This document shows positions 18,751-28,351 of a stretch of DNA of 64,000 nt, piece after piece; the stretch's first letter is position 1; every line of letters starts with the position of its first letter. The notes beneath the pieces were generated by a model. That model saw only the letters and a list, made by a program, of their open reading frames with translations, was not told where the DNA came from and did not search any database. The stretch lies in IMG/VR virus record IMGVR_UViG_2895663684_000002; one strand, 5' to 3'. This stretch comes from a virus. The position numbers and the translations under genes were made by a program.

Positions 18751-18927
18751 TCACTTTTCAATAAGTTTTATAACCGATTCAATCGCATCGTTAAATCCTT
18801 GTTTATAAGCCACATTAATTTCAGCATCTTGATTATGCTTCATTTCTTTAATTAATTGAAGTAAATCTATAATTGTATATACTGACCATACAATATAAAT
18901 TAAGGTGATGATATTTAAAATAAACAT
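18751..18927 (-). CDS. Small 58-aa hypothetical membrane protein, not in ORF track
   Basis: MFILNIITLIYIVWSVYTIIDLLQLIKEMKH...; ATG overlaps the upstream stop (TAATG). Confidence 0.6.
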   Translation of the reverse strand: MFILNIITLIYIVWSVYTIIDLLQLIKEMKHNQDAEINVAYKQGFNDAIESVIKLIEK

Positions 18928-19271
18928 TATTTTGTCACCTCTACTTTTTTAACGAATTCAGGAAGTGTCCTTTCAGCAACATTCATTGCGGTAAACTCTG
19001 CGGTTTTGATATGAGGAGGAAAAAAAGCATTGTCTATCACAACTATTTCATAATGAAATGTAACTCTGCATTCTAAATCGTAAAAATGAAACGAAAATTT
19101 TTCATAGTCATTTCCATTTGGAACAGATTCTCTCATTATTTTAAACATATTGTTTATATTAACAGAATGGATATCTCCATTTTCAAACATACTGACAAGA
19201 CCAGTAACCGTATGTTCAATTAACAATTGATACATATCTGGAGTTACTTTGATTTTTTCGAATTCAGCCAT
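18927..19271 (-). CDS. Hypothetical protein
   Basis: 114-aa ORF with GAGGTG RBS, coupled to neighbours. Confidence 0.65.
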   Translation of the reverse strand: MAEFEKIKVTPDMYQLLIEHTVTGLVSMFENGDIHSVNINNMFKIMRESVPNGNDYEKFSFHFYDLECRVTFHYEIVVIDNAFFPPHIKTAEFTAMNVAERTLPEFVKKVEVTK

Positions 19272-19460
19272 TATTCTTCCACCTCTTTTAATATGGTAAC
19301 TTTATAAATAATTGATTTAATGATTCTTCCAAATGCTCCCTCAATATCCGTCTCTTTGGGTTCAACCCCTAAAATAATATCCTAAGGCTTGGTAATTGGT
19401 TATGCATTCAATCAAATCATGTTTATCAATTTCTAGTACATCAATTTCTTTTAATTTCAT
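19271..19460 (-). pseudogene. Possibly frameshifted small gene
   Basis: AAGGAG RBS + 32-aa ORF (19460-19362); a second frame (DIILGVEPKE...KEVEE*) continues to a TAATG overlap with the next gene. Confidence 0.35.
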
Positions 19461-19480
19461 ATTTTTACACTCCTTTATAA

Positions 19481-19790
19481 AAAAAGTGCCACTACTTTTT
19501 GATAATGCCACTACTTTGCCACTACTTTTTTTTTGAAAGTATGGACTGGATGAGCCTTAGAGCCACATAGGATACAACCTTATTGCCACTACTTACCCTA
19601 CTTTTTTTTCTTACTTATAAAAAAATAAAAGAGAATATAGTATATATAAGTAATATAAAGAGATTTTGATAAAAAGTAGTGGCAGCACTATAAAAGTAAG
19701 ATGAACCTTAGAGCCACATGGGATTGACCAGTCCATACTTTTGTTTTAAAAGTGGTGGCAAAGTATGGACTTTTTATAAAAGTAGTGGCA
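19481..19790. other. Putative replication origin (iterons + AT-rich core) downstream of primase
   Basis: TGCCACTACT at 19487, 19506, 19517, 19584; inverted AGT(A/G)GTGGCA at 19675, 19751, 19781; AAGTATGGAC repeats; direct repeat CCTTAGAGCCACAT; AT-rich centre ~19600-19675. Confidence 0.8.
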
Positions 19791-19792
19791 TT

Positions 19793-21664
19793 TTAATTTT
19801 CTTCATTTAATTTATATACTTTGTATCTTTGACCGACCATTCTTCTTTCTTTTATATCATAACCTTTCGACTTCAACCGCTGTGTGAACTTGGTGTGGGA
19901 GAACGGTTTTGAACCAAGCGCATCGCAATACTTGCAATATTCTTCATAAGTTGCTTTTGTTGTCATATCTTCGTTTACTCCTTCGGATACGATAAACCCA
20001 ATAATAGAATCAGATTCAACAAAGTATTCTTCTGTAAATTGCTCAACGGTTTCAGATTTAGAAAGTTGGCCACCATTGTTCATAATCCGTTCCATCGCTG
20101 TTAAGGCAACATTTAAAAGATAGGACTTCGCATTTGCAGAAGAAAGCTTTTCATCAATTTTTGGATCACTTTTTTTCACTTTATTTTCACATGGAATAAC
20201 GACAATGCGCCTGGCAATTCCGCCTGTCTTATCTTTAAAGGTCGGCATTTCATTAGCGGTAAATATTAGAGTTGCTTTATTTTTTAGTTTGTATGGTTTT
20301 GAATAAATGGGCCGAACCATGATAGTATTTCCAGAAGCCAATGTTTTAAAGTTCATTGATTTTTCCATGTATCCAGAATCGATATCATCACCAACGTTGA
20401 CAAGCTTACCTTCCATCTCCATTACACTGGTTTGGTCATTAAATTGTTCCAGGGCTAAGTTCAACCCTAAGTCACCAACAAAACTATTAATCATTTCTAA
20501 AAAGGTAGATTTACCATTTGCTGCAGTTTGGCCAATTAAGAAAAATACTTTATGAGGAAACCCTTTGGTCATTAAAATATGACCAAGTAGTTCCTCCACA
20601 ATCAATCTTAAATCTTGTTTATCACTGACTAAAAAGTCCAAGAACTCATCTACCGTTTTATCATAAGCTTCTGGATCATAATCAACATCTAATTTAAACG
20701 GTGTAAATTCTTTAGAAGACATAGGAATAATTTCCCCACCATCTAACATATAATTATTATTGAACTGTATTGGAAAATCTGTTTTTTCAATTAGTTCACC
20801 TTTGATTGGCAATAGGTCCATTAAGTTTTTATGCTTCGCTGGTAAAAGCTTAATTCTCTTATCGATAGCTCTCAATAACTTGTTCTTGTCATTTATCCAA
20901 TAATTATCTTCCTTATGAAAGATGGACCCATTAAATATTTTAATGTCTAATTCCTGGGCCAATGCTTCACTGGTCATAATCATGTCTTTGGGATTTAAAA
21001 ATAATTTTTCTCTTACTTCTTTATCTAAAACCGAATTAATCAATGCGCTTATTTCAGTTTGCTTTAATGATTCTTTAAAAACATGTTCATTAATAAAAGT
21101 TGCAATTCGTGACAATGTATCAGCATCCACCTCATACATTTCACGAACTGCTAGCAAGTGAGTAAATAAAGCTGTGTTTCTACCACCTTCACCTAAATCA
21201 GATAAAATTGTTTTTAATTTGTGAGGAAACAATTCAACTGGTAAATATGGAAGGTCGTTCCACATTTCAAAGGTTCCGCTAATTTTACGCATGACACCAT
21301 TTCTTTTAATGGTGACCGTTGCTTTGTTACCTGTCTTATAATCTACTTGACACCCAACGTTTGTAATGTGAGCTGTTTTTTTACCAGACCAGTTTTTTAT
21401 CACAATCGGATGACCGTTGATTTGCTCTGGCTTTTTATAGTAAAGGTGGATTCCCTTTTCTGTTTCCACTGTAAAGGTTGGGTATCGCTTAGCTAATTCT
21501 CGACCAATCTCTGGATACTCATCGAAATCAACGACTACTGTTTCATTGTTTAATACAACAGCAGCATCTGAAAGTTTGGTTACATCGGTATAGAAATCAC
21601 TTAAACTTTTTTGATCTGGAACTTTTTTATCTGGATGCAATTTTATAAAATTTAACACATTCAA
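19793..21664 (-). CDS. P4-family primase-helicase (Prim-Pol + PriCT + SF3/D5 helicase)
   Basis: VVDFD, GIHLYY and EGGRNTALF motifs; Walker A GQTAANGKST; GDDI and FTAN motifs. Confidence 0.9.
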   Translation of the reverse strand: MNVLNFIKLHPDKKVPDQKSLSDFYTDVTKLSDAAVVLNNETVVVDFDEYPEIGRELAKRYPTFTVETEKGIHLYYKKPEQINGHPIVIKNWSGKKTAHITNVGCQVDYKTGNKATVTIKRNGVMRKISGTFEMWNDLPYLPVELFPHKLKTILSDLGEGGRNTALFTHLLAVREMYEVDADTLSRIATFINEHVFKESLKQTEISALINSVLDKEVREKLFLNPKDMIMTSEALAQELDIKIFNGSIFHKEDNYWINDKNKLLRAIDKRIKLLPAKHKNLMDLLPIKGELIEKTDFPIQFNNNYMLDGGEIIPMSSKEFTPFKLDVDYDPEAYDKTVDEFLDFLVSDKQDLRLIVEELLGHILMTKGFPHKVFFLIGQTAANGKSTFLEMINSFVGDLGLNLALEQFNDQTSVMEMEGKLVNVGDDIDSGYMEKSMNFKTLASGNTIMVRPIYSKPYKLKNKATLIFTANEMPTFKDKTGGIARRIVVIPCENKVKKSDPKIDEKLSSANAKSYLLNVALTAMERIMNNGGQLSKSETVEQFTEEYFVESDSIIGFIVSEGVNEDMTTKATYEEYCKYCDALGSKPFSHTKFTQRLKSKGYDIKERRMVGQRYKVYKLNEEN

Positions 21665-21696
21665 TTCTCACCGCCTTACTTATAAAATAATTTGAA

Positions 21697-21957
21697 TCAT
21701 TTGTTTTTTATTTCTTTATCAACGTACCAACTAATCAATGTTAGCAGTAAGAACAAAGCAACTGCTGATAAGAGCAATAATGAATACGCCCCTAAAAAAC
21801 TAATAATACTTACAACAACTAAAACTAAGAAACTTGCTAAAACACTTCCAACCAGTCCATAAACAACATGTCTCATTTTTCTATTCTCCCTCCAACAGTT
21901 CAAAATTATCAAACTTGTTGCCGATGACTTCAATTTCACGACCTTTATTATGCCCAT
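21697..21957 (-). CDS. Small membrane protein (probable start ~21873)
   Basis: Two hydrophobic segments after MRHVV. Confidence 0.55.
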   Translation of the reverse strand: MGIIKVVKLKSSATSLIILNCWRENRKMRHVVYGLVGSVLASFLVLVVVSIISFLGAYSLLLLSAVALFLLLTLISWYVDKEIKNK

Positions 21958-22303
21958 TAGCTAAATGATATAAACTCCAACAGCCATGATTTCTAACTCC
22001 TACCGCATCAAAACCGCATGACGTTTCAGAATATCCAACTTTCCATTTTTCTTTACCATCATGAATAAAGTCTTTATCAAAAATATCTTCGCGATTTTTA
22101 TCATCTATCCCAGTGTACTGACTCACTGTCTCAGGAATCACTTCACGACAAAATTCATGTAACTTTTCCATCGGATAGGCGACATCGTCACCTAAAATCA
22201 GAGTAATCATAAAAACTCTTGTTCCAAAACCATTAGGAACAGGAACACCATAAACCCATTCGTCAGTATCGATTGCTTTCCCTCTAAACTTAATTTCTCT
22301 CAT
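21881..22303 (-). CDS. YopX-family protein
   Basis: MREIKFRGK, QYTGIDDKN..IF..D and EVIGN motifs. Confidence 0.9.
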   Translation of the reverse strand: MREIKFRGKAIDTDEWVYGVPVPNGFGTRVFMITLILGDDVAYPMEKLHEFCREVIPETVSQYTGIDDKNREDIFDKDFIHDGKEKWKVGYSETSCGFDAVGVRNHGCWSLYHLANGHNKGREIEVIGNKFDNFELLEGE

Positions 22304-22322
22304 GACCTAACCCCTCCATAAT

Positions 22323-23915
22323 TTAAAATATTTCTTTCTCTGCTACTTCAACGTACCAGCTTAAATCAATGTCTTTTTTTGTTGCTAAAGTGCTAGTTAA
22401 AAAATGCTCTGGACTATTTCTTATTTTTGAATACAGTTCATCTTTGATTTGAAATACTCCACCAAATTTATTTTTAGTAGTGGCTACTCCACAAACAGTA
22501 CTGTCCATATTCTTGTATTGCGTATTTGATCCACTGCCTATTTTTTGAACAATCTTTTCAGTATCTTTTGATTTAGTTCCTACAAAATAAAAGTCTTCTA
22601 TGCCTTTATCTTTAAATTGCTGTACCATAAAATCTTGAACTTTGGTACCATTTAACGCATTCTCTAAAAGTGAATTCCGAATAATAGGCATTGAATTATT
22701 TAAATAATTTGAATCTTTGTAAATTCCAGTTTTAATAAACTTTCCATCTTCTGTTTTAAAAATATAATTGTTTACATTTCGTTGATGGACCATTGTAATT
22801 TTTTTAAATGATAAGTCTAAGCCATAATGGCTAGCCCACATATTGCTCACATCCACGATTAAATCGTAAAATTCAACATTGTACTTAACCACAATGCCAT
22901 CGGTGTTGGTTTGAACAACTTCACTGATAAAGTTTTCCAGTAATACAATTAAATGTGTCATGATTAATTGTCCGTTGACGGTCACATTATAAAATTTATT
23001 TGGATCATACAATGCGGAATAAGGATTGTTCATTGCTCCTATCGTAGCGTTAATGATTGTTTTATATATTTCTGACTTTTTTGTGTCTACCTCTTCGTAC
23101 TCTTTTTTCTTTTGATAAATTTCTCGGTAGATTTCTTTATTTTTGATACCACTGCTAAACCAATCATTTTTCAATGCTAGTGTTGGATAAAATGCTTTTG
23201 CATCTATATATAAGAAGAAACCTTTTCTTTTATATTTCTCTTTGGCCCCATGTGATCCACCAAATCCAAAAGTATGCGTTAAATTATTTAAAGTCATTTT
23301 AATATTTTCATTCTTTAAAGAATCATCAAAGCTAGCTTTATACTTTGTCTTGATTCGCTCATAAAAATGAATCAAATCTTTTGGCAACTCATTTAGTGGG
23401 ATACGTTCATCAAAAGTATATAAAAGTGTATCAGCTCGTTTGGGTTGTTTAACAGCTCCTAAAATTTCTGCAGCTAAACCAGCACGAGTTTTTTTTATTG
23501 ATTGTGCATTTAAATTAAATTCTGAAACAATTTCAAATTTCGTTTCAAAATATTCTTCCCGTTCTTTCAAGATGTGTTCGCAAATTTCAATCCGATTCAT
23601 ACAGTAGTCATAAACAGTATTAGAAATTTTTAATAGCTTAGTGTAATAACCGATTTCTTCTATTGAAGCATTTCTAATTTCTTGAGATAAATCAATTGAA
23701 AGGTTTTGTTTTAAATATTTGTTTTTTCCATCGGATAAAAGTAAAGCAATTTCACGATCAAAAGTTGCATAATTATCATAGCTGACTAAGATGCCAGCAG
23801 ATTCAAGAGCCTTTAATAGGCTCTCTTTATCTGTAGCTTTTTCAATTCTTTCACCAGTTTTGAAGACAAACATAAATTGATCGTTCCTTTTAAAAAACCA
23901 GTAAAACGTGAACAT
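22323..23915 (-). CDS. Family B DNA polymerase-like protein with degenerate motifs
   Basis: Motif A IDAKAFYP, motif B KTIINATIG, motif C QTNTDG, FGFGGSHG; N-terminal exonuclease motifs look degraded. Confidence 0.75.
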   Translation of the reverse strand: MFTFYWFFKRNDQFMFVFKTGERIEKATDKESLLKALESAGILVSYDNYATFDREIALLLSDGKNKYLKQNLSIDLSQEIRNASIEEIGYYTKLLKISNTVYDYCMNRIEICEHILKEREEYFETKFEIVSEFNLNAQSIKKTRAGLAAEILGAVKQPKRADTLLYTFDERIPLNELPKDLIHFYERIKTKYKASFDDSLKNENIKMTLNNLTHTFGFGGSHGAKEKYKRKGFFLYIDAKAFYPTLALKNDWFSSGIKNKEIYREIYQKKKEYEEVDTKKSEIYKTIINATIGAMNNPYSALYDPNKFYNVTVNGQLIMTHLIVLLENFISEVVQTNTDGIVVKYNVEFYDLIVDVSNMWASHYGLDLSFKKITMVHQRNVNNYIFKTEDGKFIKTGIYKDSNYLNNSMPIIRNSLLENALNGTKVQDFMVQQFKDKGIEDFYFVGTKSKDTEKIVQKIGSGSNTQYKNMDSTVCGVATTKNKFGGVFQIKDELYSKIRNSPEHFLTSTLATKKDIDLSWYVEVAEKEIF

Positions 23916-23930
23916 CAGAACACCTCATCC

Positions 23931-24461
23931 TTAAAATGGAATATCTTCATCTGATATATCGATTGTTTGGCCACCAGCTGTAGCGAATGGATCATCGTTA
24001 TTTTCCTCATCTTCGTATCCAATAAAATCAAAGTTACGATACGGATTTGATGGGTCTTTTTTATTCGGACTAGAAACAATTTTTAATAAAAACTGACTGC
24101 CAATTGCTGGTTGTAATCCTTCAACTAGTGAGTGTTCATCTTCCCAATCATCATTACTTAACTCAACTTCAAATACAGAAGCTGCTTGTGCCATCGATTT
24201 AATGGCTTTATTTGTAACAAATTCACTACCTGTTCCAAAAAACATACCAACAAATTCTTTACGTCCAGCTAGCTCCCCAGCAATTACTTCACATTCTAAA
24301 CTTACCCATTCAGTTCCTGTACGATCTGATACTTTGTGACTGACACTATTCAATACCATGTCATACTCACCATCTGGCAAGTTGTTGTTAGAGTTGTTTG
24401 GGCTATCTTTTTTTGGATCAAACCCTTGTAAAATTTCTTGTGCTTTATCTGCTAATCCCAT
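23931..24461 (-). CDS. DUF669-like ssDNA-binding protein
   Basis: LPDGEY motif; acidic C-terminal tail ending DEDIPF. Confidence 0.8.
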   Translation of the reverse strand: MGLADKAQEILQGFDPKKDSPNNSNNNLPDGEYDMVLNSVSHKVSDRTGTEWVSLECEVIAGELAGRKEFVGMFFGTGSEFVTNKAIKSMAQAASVFEVELSNDDWEDEHSLVEGLQPAIGSQFLLKIVSSPNKKDPSNPYRNFDFIGYEDEENNDDPFATAGGQTIDISDEDIPF

Positions 24462-24504
24462 TAATAAAATCTCCTATTCATAATTAATTTATTTTTTTGA
24501 TTAC

Positions 24505-25431
24505 TTAAATCTTTGGTTTAATTCGTTTTGTTGCGATTCCACTTGCAGCAGGTTTATTCTTTTCAATTTTATTAATTGGTGCGGAAACTTTTTCTTTTTT
24601 GTTATCAACCTGTTCTTTGGGTTGTACTGCTTCTGATTTTGGTTCTGATTTTGTTGGTTCACTTTCTTCTGTTGCTGCTAAAATATCTTCACGTTTTTCA
24701 AGTTCTTTTACGATTTCGTCTTGTTGTTTCTTAGTTGTTTTAGCTGACTTACCGAATACACCAGTAATCGTATCAAGAATTTTAAGAATCTTTTTATCAT
24801 CGACTTGTGAACGATCATAGTCTTTTCGTCTTGCTTTCACTACTCGGATATAATTTTTCCCAACTTTTTTACATTGAATAGATAAATCACAATTTCCGTT
24901 TACAATGTTTTGATGTTTTTCTTTTAGTGATGGAATTTCAATTTCTGTTTGGCCTTCCATTTTTGAAGCGTTACGTGAAATATAAATGACATTCATTGGT
25001 AAAGCTTTCAGTTCAATTACCAACTGTTGGAAAATATTAGTAAATGCTGCATAGCCTTTTCCGTATCCGATATCTCCCAAAGTTTCCACGCCTTCTTTGT
25101 CACAAATATACTGTTCAATCATTACGATAATATCATCGATAACATCTAAAATAATTGTTTCGTAGCTGTGCTTTTCACTTTGCAAGGCAGTTAACAATTT
25201 ATCTAACTGATCAATGACACTTCTTGTGATTTTTCCATTCTTATCCTTAATGTTCCGCAATTGAACACTTGGAATTGTGTTTGCTTCTGCATTACCATCT
25301 GTATTAAATACCAATGCATTGGGAAACTGTGAAGCAAGGAATGATTTTCCTCCCATAGTTGGACCCCAGATAAAGAAATTGCGTGGTGTATCTTTTGGCG
25401 TTTGTGGTTTGTTTGGTGGTAAAATACTCAT
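24505..25431 (-). CDS. AAA_24 / Sak4-like NTP-binding recombination protein
   Basis: Walker A WGPTMGGKS, Walker B IILDVID, GYGKGY motif. Confidence 0.85.
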   Translation of the reverse strand: MSILPPNKPQTPKDTPRNFFIWGPTMGGKSFLASQFPNALVFNTDGNAEANTIPSVQLRNIKDKNGKITRSVIDQLDKLLTALQSEKHSYETIILDVIDDIIVMIEQYICDKEGVETLGDIGYGKGYAAFTNIFQQLVIELKALPMNVIYISRNASKMEGQTEIEIPSLKEKHQNIVNGNCDLSIQCKKVGKNYIRVVKARRKDYDRSQVDDKKILKILDTITGVFGKSAKTTKKQQDEIVKELEKREDILAATEESEPTKSEPKSEAVQPKEQVDNKKEKVSAPINKIEKNKPAASGIATKRIKPKI

Positions 25432-25646
25432 TAATAAATTCCTCCTTCAACAACATCTTTTACTGCAGCAAATTCTTCTACATAAGTGACCAAGCAATAT
25501 ACTCCAAATTCTTTATGGACTTTTTCATCATAAGTGACACGATTAATGGTTCCTTTTGTGTCTTTATGATTTTTTTTCATATCCTCTTCTGCTTCCTTTC
25601 GTGTTGATGCATAAAATTGGGTAGTCGTTTTTAATGGTTTGATCAA
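25431..25646 (-). CDS. Hypothetical protein
   Basis: 71-aa ORF with RBS, coupled to the next gene. Confidence 0.6.
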   Translation of the reverse strand: MIKPLKTTTQFYASTRKEAEEDMKKNHKDTKGTINRVTYDEKVHKEFGVYCLVTYVEEFAAVKDVVEGGIY

Positions 25647-25659
25647 TTTATTTTCCTCC

Positions 25660-26583
25660 TCAAATTTCCATATTATTTTTAACTGTAATTTTTACAAAAC
25701 CTTTTTTATTTGAAACTTTTGTATAAGAATCGTAAACATCTGGTTTTTCTTTTTTTAATCTGGAACTATCAATTGTTCTTGATGTTGTAGGTAGTACACG
25801 AGTAATTGATAGTAAATCCGTTTCAAACTTCTTGATATCGTTCTCTTCCATTTTTGTGTACAATTCTTGTTTTAATATCTTTTGTTGCGCTTCAATATGC
25901 TTGGCTTGTTCTTTGATATTGACAATCTTCATTTCAAAACGTTCAACCCTTTTGGCCAATTTCTCCATATCGTTTCCGTACGTATAAAATTCAGTTTCAT
26001 TCATTTTAGGATTATCTTTTATAGCTTGTACTCGAATCCAAAATGTTTCTATAGAATCTAGTATTTTTTGAATGTAATCATCGTCTCGTTCAATTTCTTT
26101 TATTTGTAAATTTTCACGATCAAATTCTAAATCAAAATCACTAGGTCTTTTATACATCGCAAGCCAACCGACCTCTATATTCATTTGTTTCATATAAAGT
26201 TGCATTTGCGCTTCATAAACTTTAATAGTAGGAGATGCGCCATGTGTTTTGATTTCTAGCAACAATCCTGTATCTTCATCGTAGCCATCAACATTAGATC
26301 GTATCCAATTTTCTTCATCAACAAATGTTTCTGGTCTAAAATGTAGACTGTTAACAGTATTGATGTATTCTCTAATCATTGGCTCCATCTTATTACCATA
26401 ATTTATATATGGGTTCGATTGAAAATCTGATTTTACTATTTCAGCTTTTTCTTTAGCTAGCTCATATTGTGTTTTATACTTGGATAATCCTAAAATAACT
26501 GGCACATCTGAACCACCTACATATACATTACGATTCTCTGTTACATTTGGATCAACCTTTTCTACTCCGAATAAATTACTCAT
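25660..26583 (-). CDS. YqaJ-like (lambda-exo family) exonuclease
   Basis: GGSD, GNKMEP, SNVDG, LLEIKT and YEAQMQLYM motifs. Confidence 0.9.
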   Translation of the reverse strand: MSNLFGVEKVDPNVTENRNVYVGGSDVPVILGLSKYKTQYELAKEKAEIVKSDFQSNPYINYGNKMEPMIREYINTVNSLHFRPETFVDEENWIRSNVDGYDEDTGLLLEIKTHGASPTIKVYEAQMQLYMKQMNIEVGWLAMYKRPSDFDLEFDRENLQIKEIERDDDYIQKILDSIETFWIRVQAIKDNPKMNETEFYTYGNDMEKLAKRVERFEMKIVNIKEQAKHIEAQQKILKQELYTKMEENDIKKFETDLLSITRVLPTTSRTIDSSRLKKEKPDVYDSYTKVSNKKGFVKITVKNNMEI

Positions 26584-26837
26584 AAGCTTTCACCAACTTT
26601 TTCAACTTCATCTATGCTGACAACTACCCTATCTCTGTTGTCTAGTTCTACTACAACACTGCAGTTTAAAACTTTGAATACTTTAGCTTTGAACATACTT
26701 CCATTTTTTTTAGAACAAGTGACAATATCCCCACTTTCTAAGTCTGTATCTATTTTAATTCTCGGCTTCTTTGAATTAGTAATGGACGGTTGCGTGTTCA
26801 CTACTGCAGATTCAAATTGTTTTGGCATTGAAACCAC
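26580..26837 (-). CDS. Hypothetical protein (KOW/SH3-like)
   Basis: 85 aa; LESGDIV...FKAKVFKVL..SVVVE beta pattern. Confidence 0.55.
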   Translation of the reverse strand: MVSMPKQFESAVVNTQPSITNSKKPRIKIDTDLESGDIVTCSKKNGSMFKAKVFKVLNCSVVVELDNRDRVVVSIDEVEKVGESL

Positions 26838-26844
26838 CTACCTT

Positions 26845-28185
26845 TTACATTTTAGTTTTCATATACAAGTTTTCAGAAAAATCTTCTTTGTTCTCTAATG
26901 CTTGATATATGGCTTGTTCAATTGTATTTTTTGTGATAAACCGATACATGGTGACTTTTCTAGTTTGGCCATTACGATATGCTCGGCCCATTGCCTGTGA
27001 ATAATCTTGATAACTATAAGTTGGTGTATAAAAAACGACTTCATTAGCGTATTGCAACTCTATTCCAGCACTACCAGCCATATATTGAATGAGTGTTACC
27101 GTATTTTTTAACTGTGCCCAACTCTCTTTTTTAGGCAGTGAACTAACATGGCCATTTACTTCAAATATTTTTTTGTTTTTAATTACTGTTTTTAGTGCTT
27201 CAAGTTCTGACTGATAATAATAAAAGATGACAATATTATTTTTAGTCCCCTCACAAAGCATTGAAATGTAATCAAGTTTATCTTTAACGTTTGCATACTG
27301 ACGTAACCCATGTGCTAATTTAGGAGCTGTATCATAATCAATTTCATTAAATACTCGGTCTTTTAAAATCCTTGCATATTCAACTGATTTCTTGAATGGT
27401 ACATCTTTAATAATTAATGGTGGTAAGTCCAACGCTTCATTCTTATTAATTGAAACGGTAAATGAATTGTAATAAGATTCTAAAATATCCTCATTTTTCC
27501 AACCGCTGATTTTAGGAATATTCCGAGTGCCTAAATACATGGTTCCCCATTCTGCAAATTCATTTGTCATTTCTTTTTTATTTTTGAAATATCCAAAAGC
27601 AATCATATAAGTGAAGGTGTCTTCCCATCCGTTGCTTGCTGGTGTAGCAGTCAATAAACAAAAATTAGTTGCATAGCTCATAATTTTTAATGCGGCTTTA
27701 CCTCGTTCACTAGTTGGGTTCTTGATATAATGAGCTTCATCAAAAATAATATGCCAACCTTTGTATCGATCTAGTGATTTATTAATTTCTCTTTTTCCAT
27801 TACGTGTTCGGCCATTAAATAGTTTTCCATAACTCAATTGTTCAAATTCAATAGAAACACCATAATAATCACAAAACATTTGTATATCTCTTTCCCATCC
27901 ACCTTCATTTATTTTTTGAGGTGGCGCTACAATGAGTAGTGGTTCTCCATCAGACCACTTTGCATAATGATGGATTGCTGTTAAGGTTTTGCCTGTTCCT
28001 GTATCCATCGCTAATAAATAAGAAGGGTCTATTTCATCAAGAATTTTCTTCTGAAATTTATATAACATTGTTGGATTTGAGCATTGAGGAAACATCTTCC
28101 ACACTTCTTGCAACAAAAGCAATCCCTCCTGCCTTGTTGATTTTTTTAATTTTACTTTTTTGAAGTTCGGAAACAACACCGCCAT
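26845..28185 (-). CDS. SNF2/DEAD-like SF2 helicase (probable true start 28068)
   Basis: MDTGTGKT, IFDEAH, LTATP, AGIELQ and QAMGRAYRNGQ motifs. Confidence 0.9.
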   Translation of the reverse strand: MAVLFPNFKKVKLKKSTRQEGLLLLQEVWKMFPQCSNPTMLYKFQKKILDEIDPSYLLAMDTGTGKTLTAIHHYAKWSDGEPLLIVAPPQKINEGGWERDIQMFCDYYGVSIEFEQLSYGKLFNGRTRNGKREINKSLDRYKGWHIIFDEAHYIKNPTSERGKAALKIMSYATNFCLLTATPASNGWEDTFTYMIAFGYFKNKKEMTNEFAEWGTMYLGTRNIPKISGWKNEDILESYYNSFTVSINKNEALDLPPLIIKDVPFKKSVEYARILKDRVFNEIDYDTAPKLAHGLRQYANVKDKLDYISMLCEGTKNNIVIFYYYQSELEALKTVIKNKKIFEVNGHVSSLPKKESWAQLKNTVTLIQYMAGSAGIELQYANEVVFYTPTYSYQDYSQAMGRAYRNGQTRKVTMYRFITKNTIEQAIYQALENKEDFSENLYMKTKM

Positions 28186-28351
28186 TGGGTCTTTTAACTT
28201 CTACCGCAATAAATCTTCCGTTAACACAAGCTAGAATATCTGGCGTACCAGACGGTTGATAAGCTGAACCATGAACTTTTAAATAATAAGCTCCAATTGA
28301 ATCCAAGTATTTTTTTATTTTTTGTTCAACTAGTTTTTCTGAACCAGCCAT
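28058..28351 (-). CDS. VRR-NUC domain nuclease
   Basis: E-x3-Q, GTPDI, FIAVEVKRP and SELQK motifs. Confidence 0.9.
   Translation of the reverse strand: MAGSEKLVEQKIKKYLDSIGAYYLKVHGSAYQPSGTPDILACVNGRFIAVEVKRPNGGVVSELQKSKIKKINKAGGIAFVARSVEDVSSMLKSNNVI

Noticed and set aside
19481-19790. Clustered short repeats resembling a CRISPR array
   Set aside because: Repeats are ~10 bp, in both orientations, irregularly spaced, with no unique spacers and no cas genes; they fit origin iterons.
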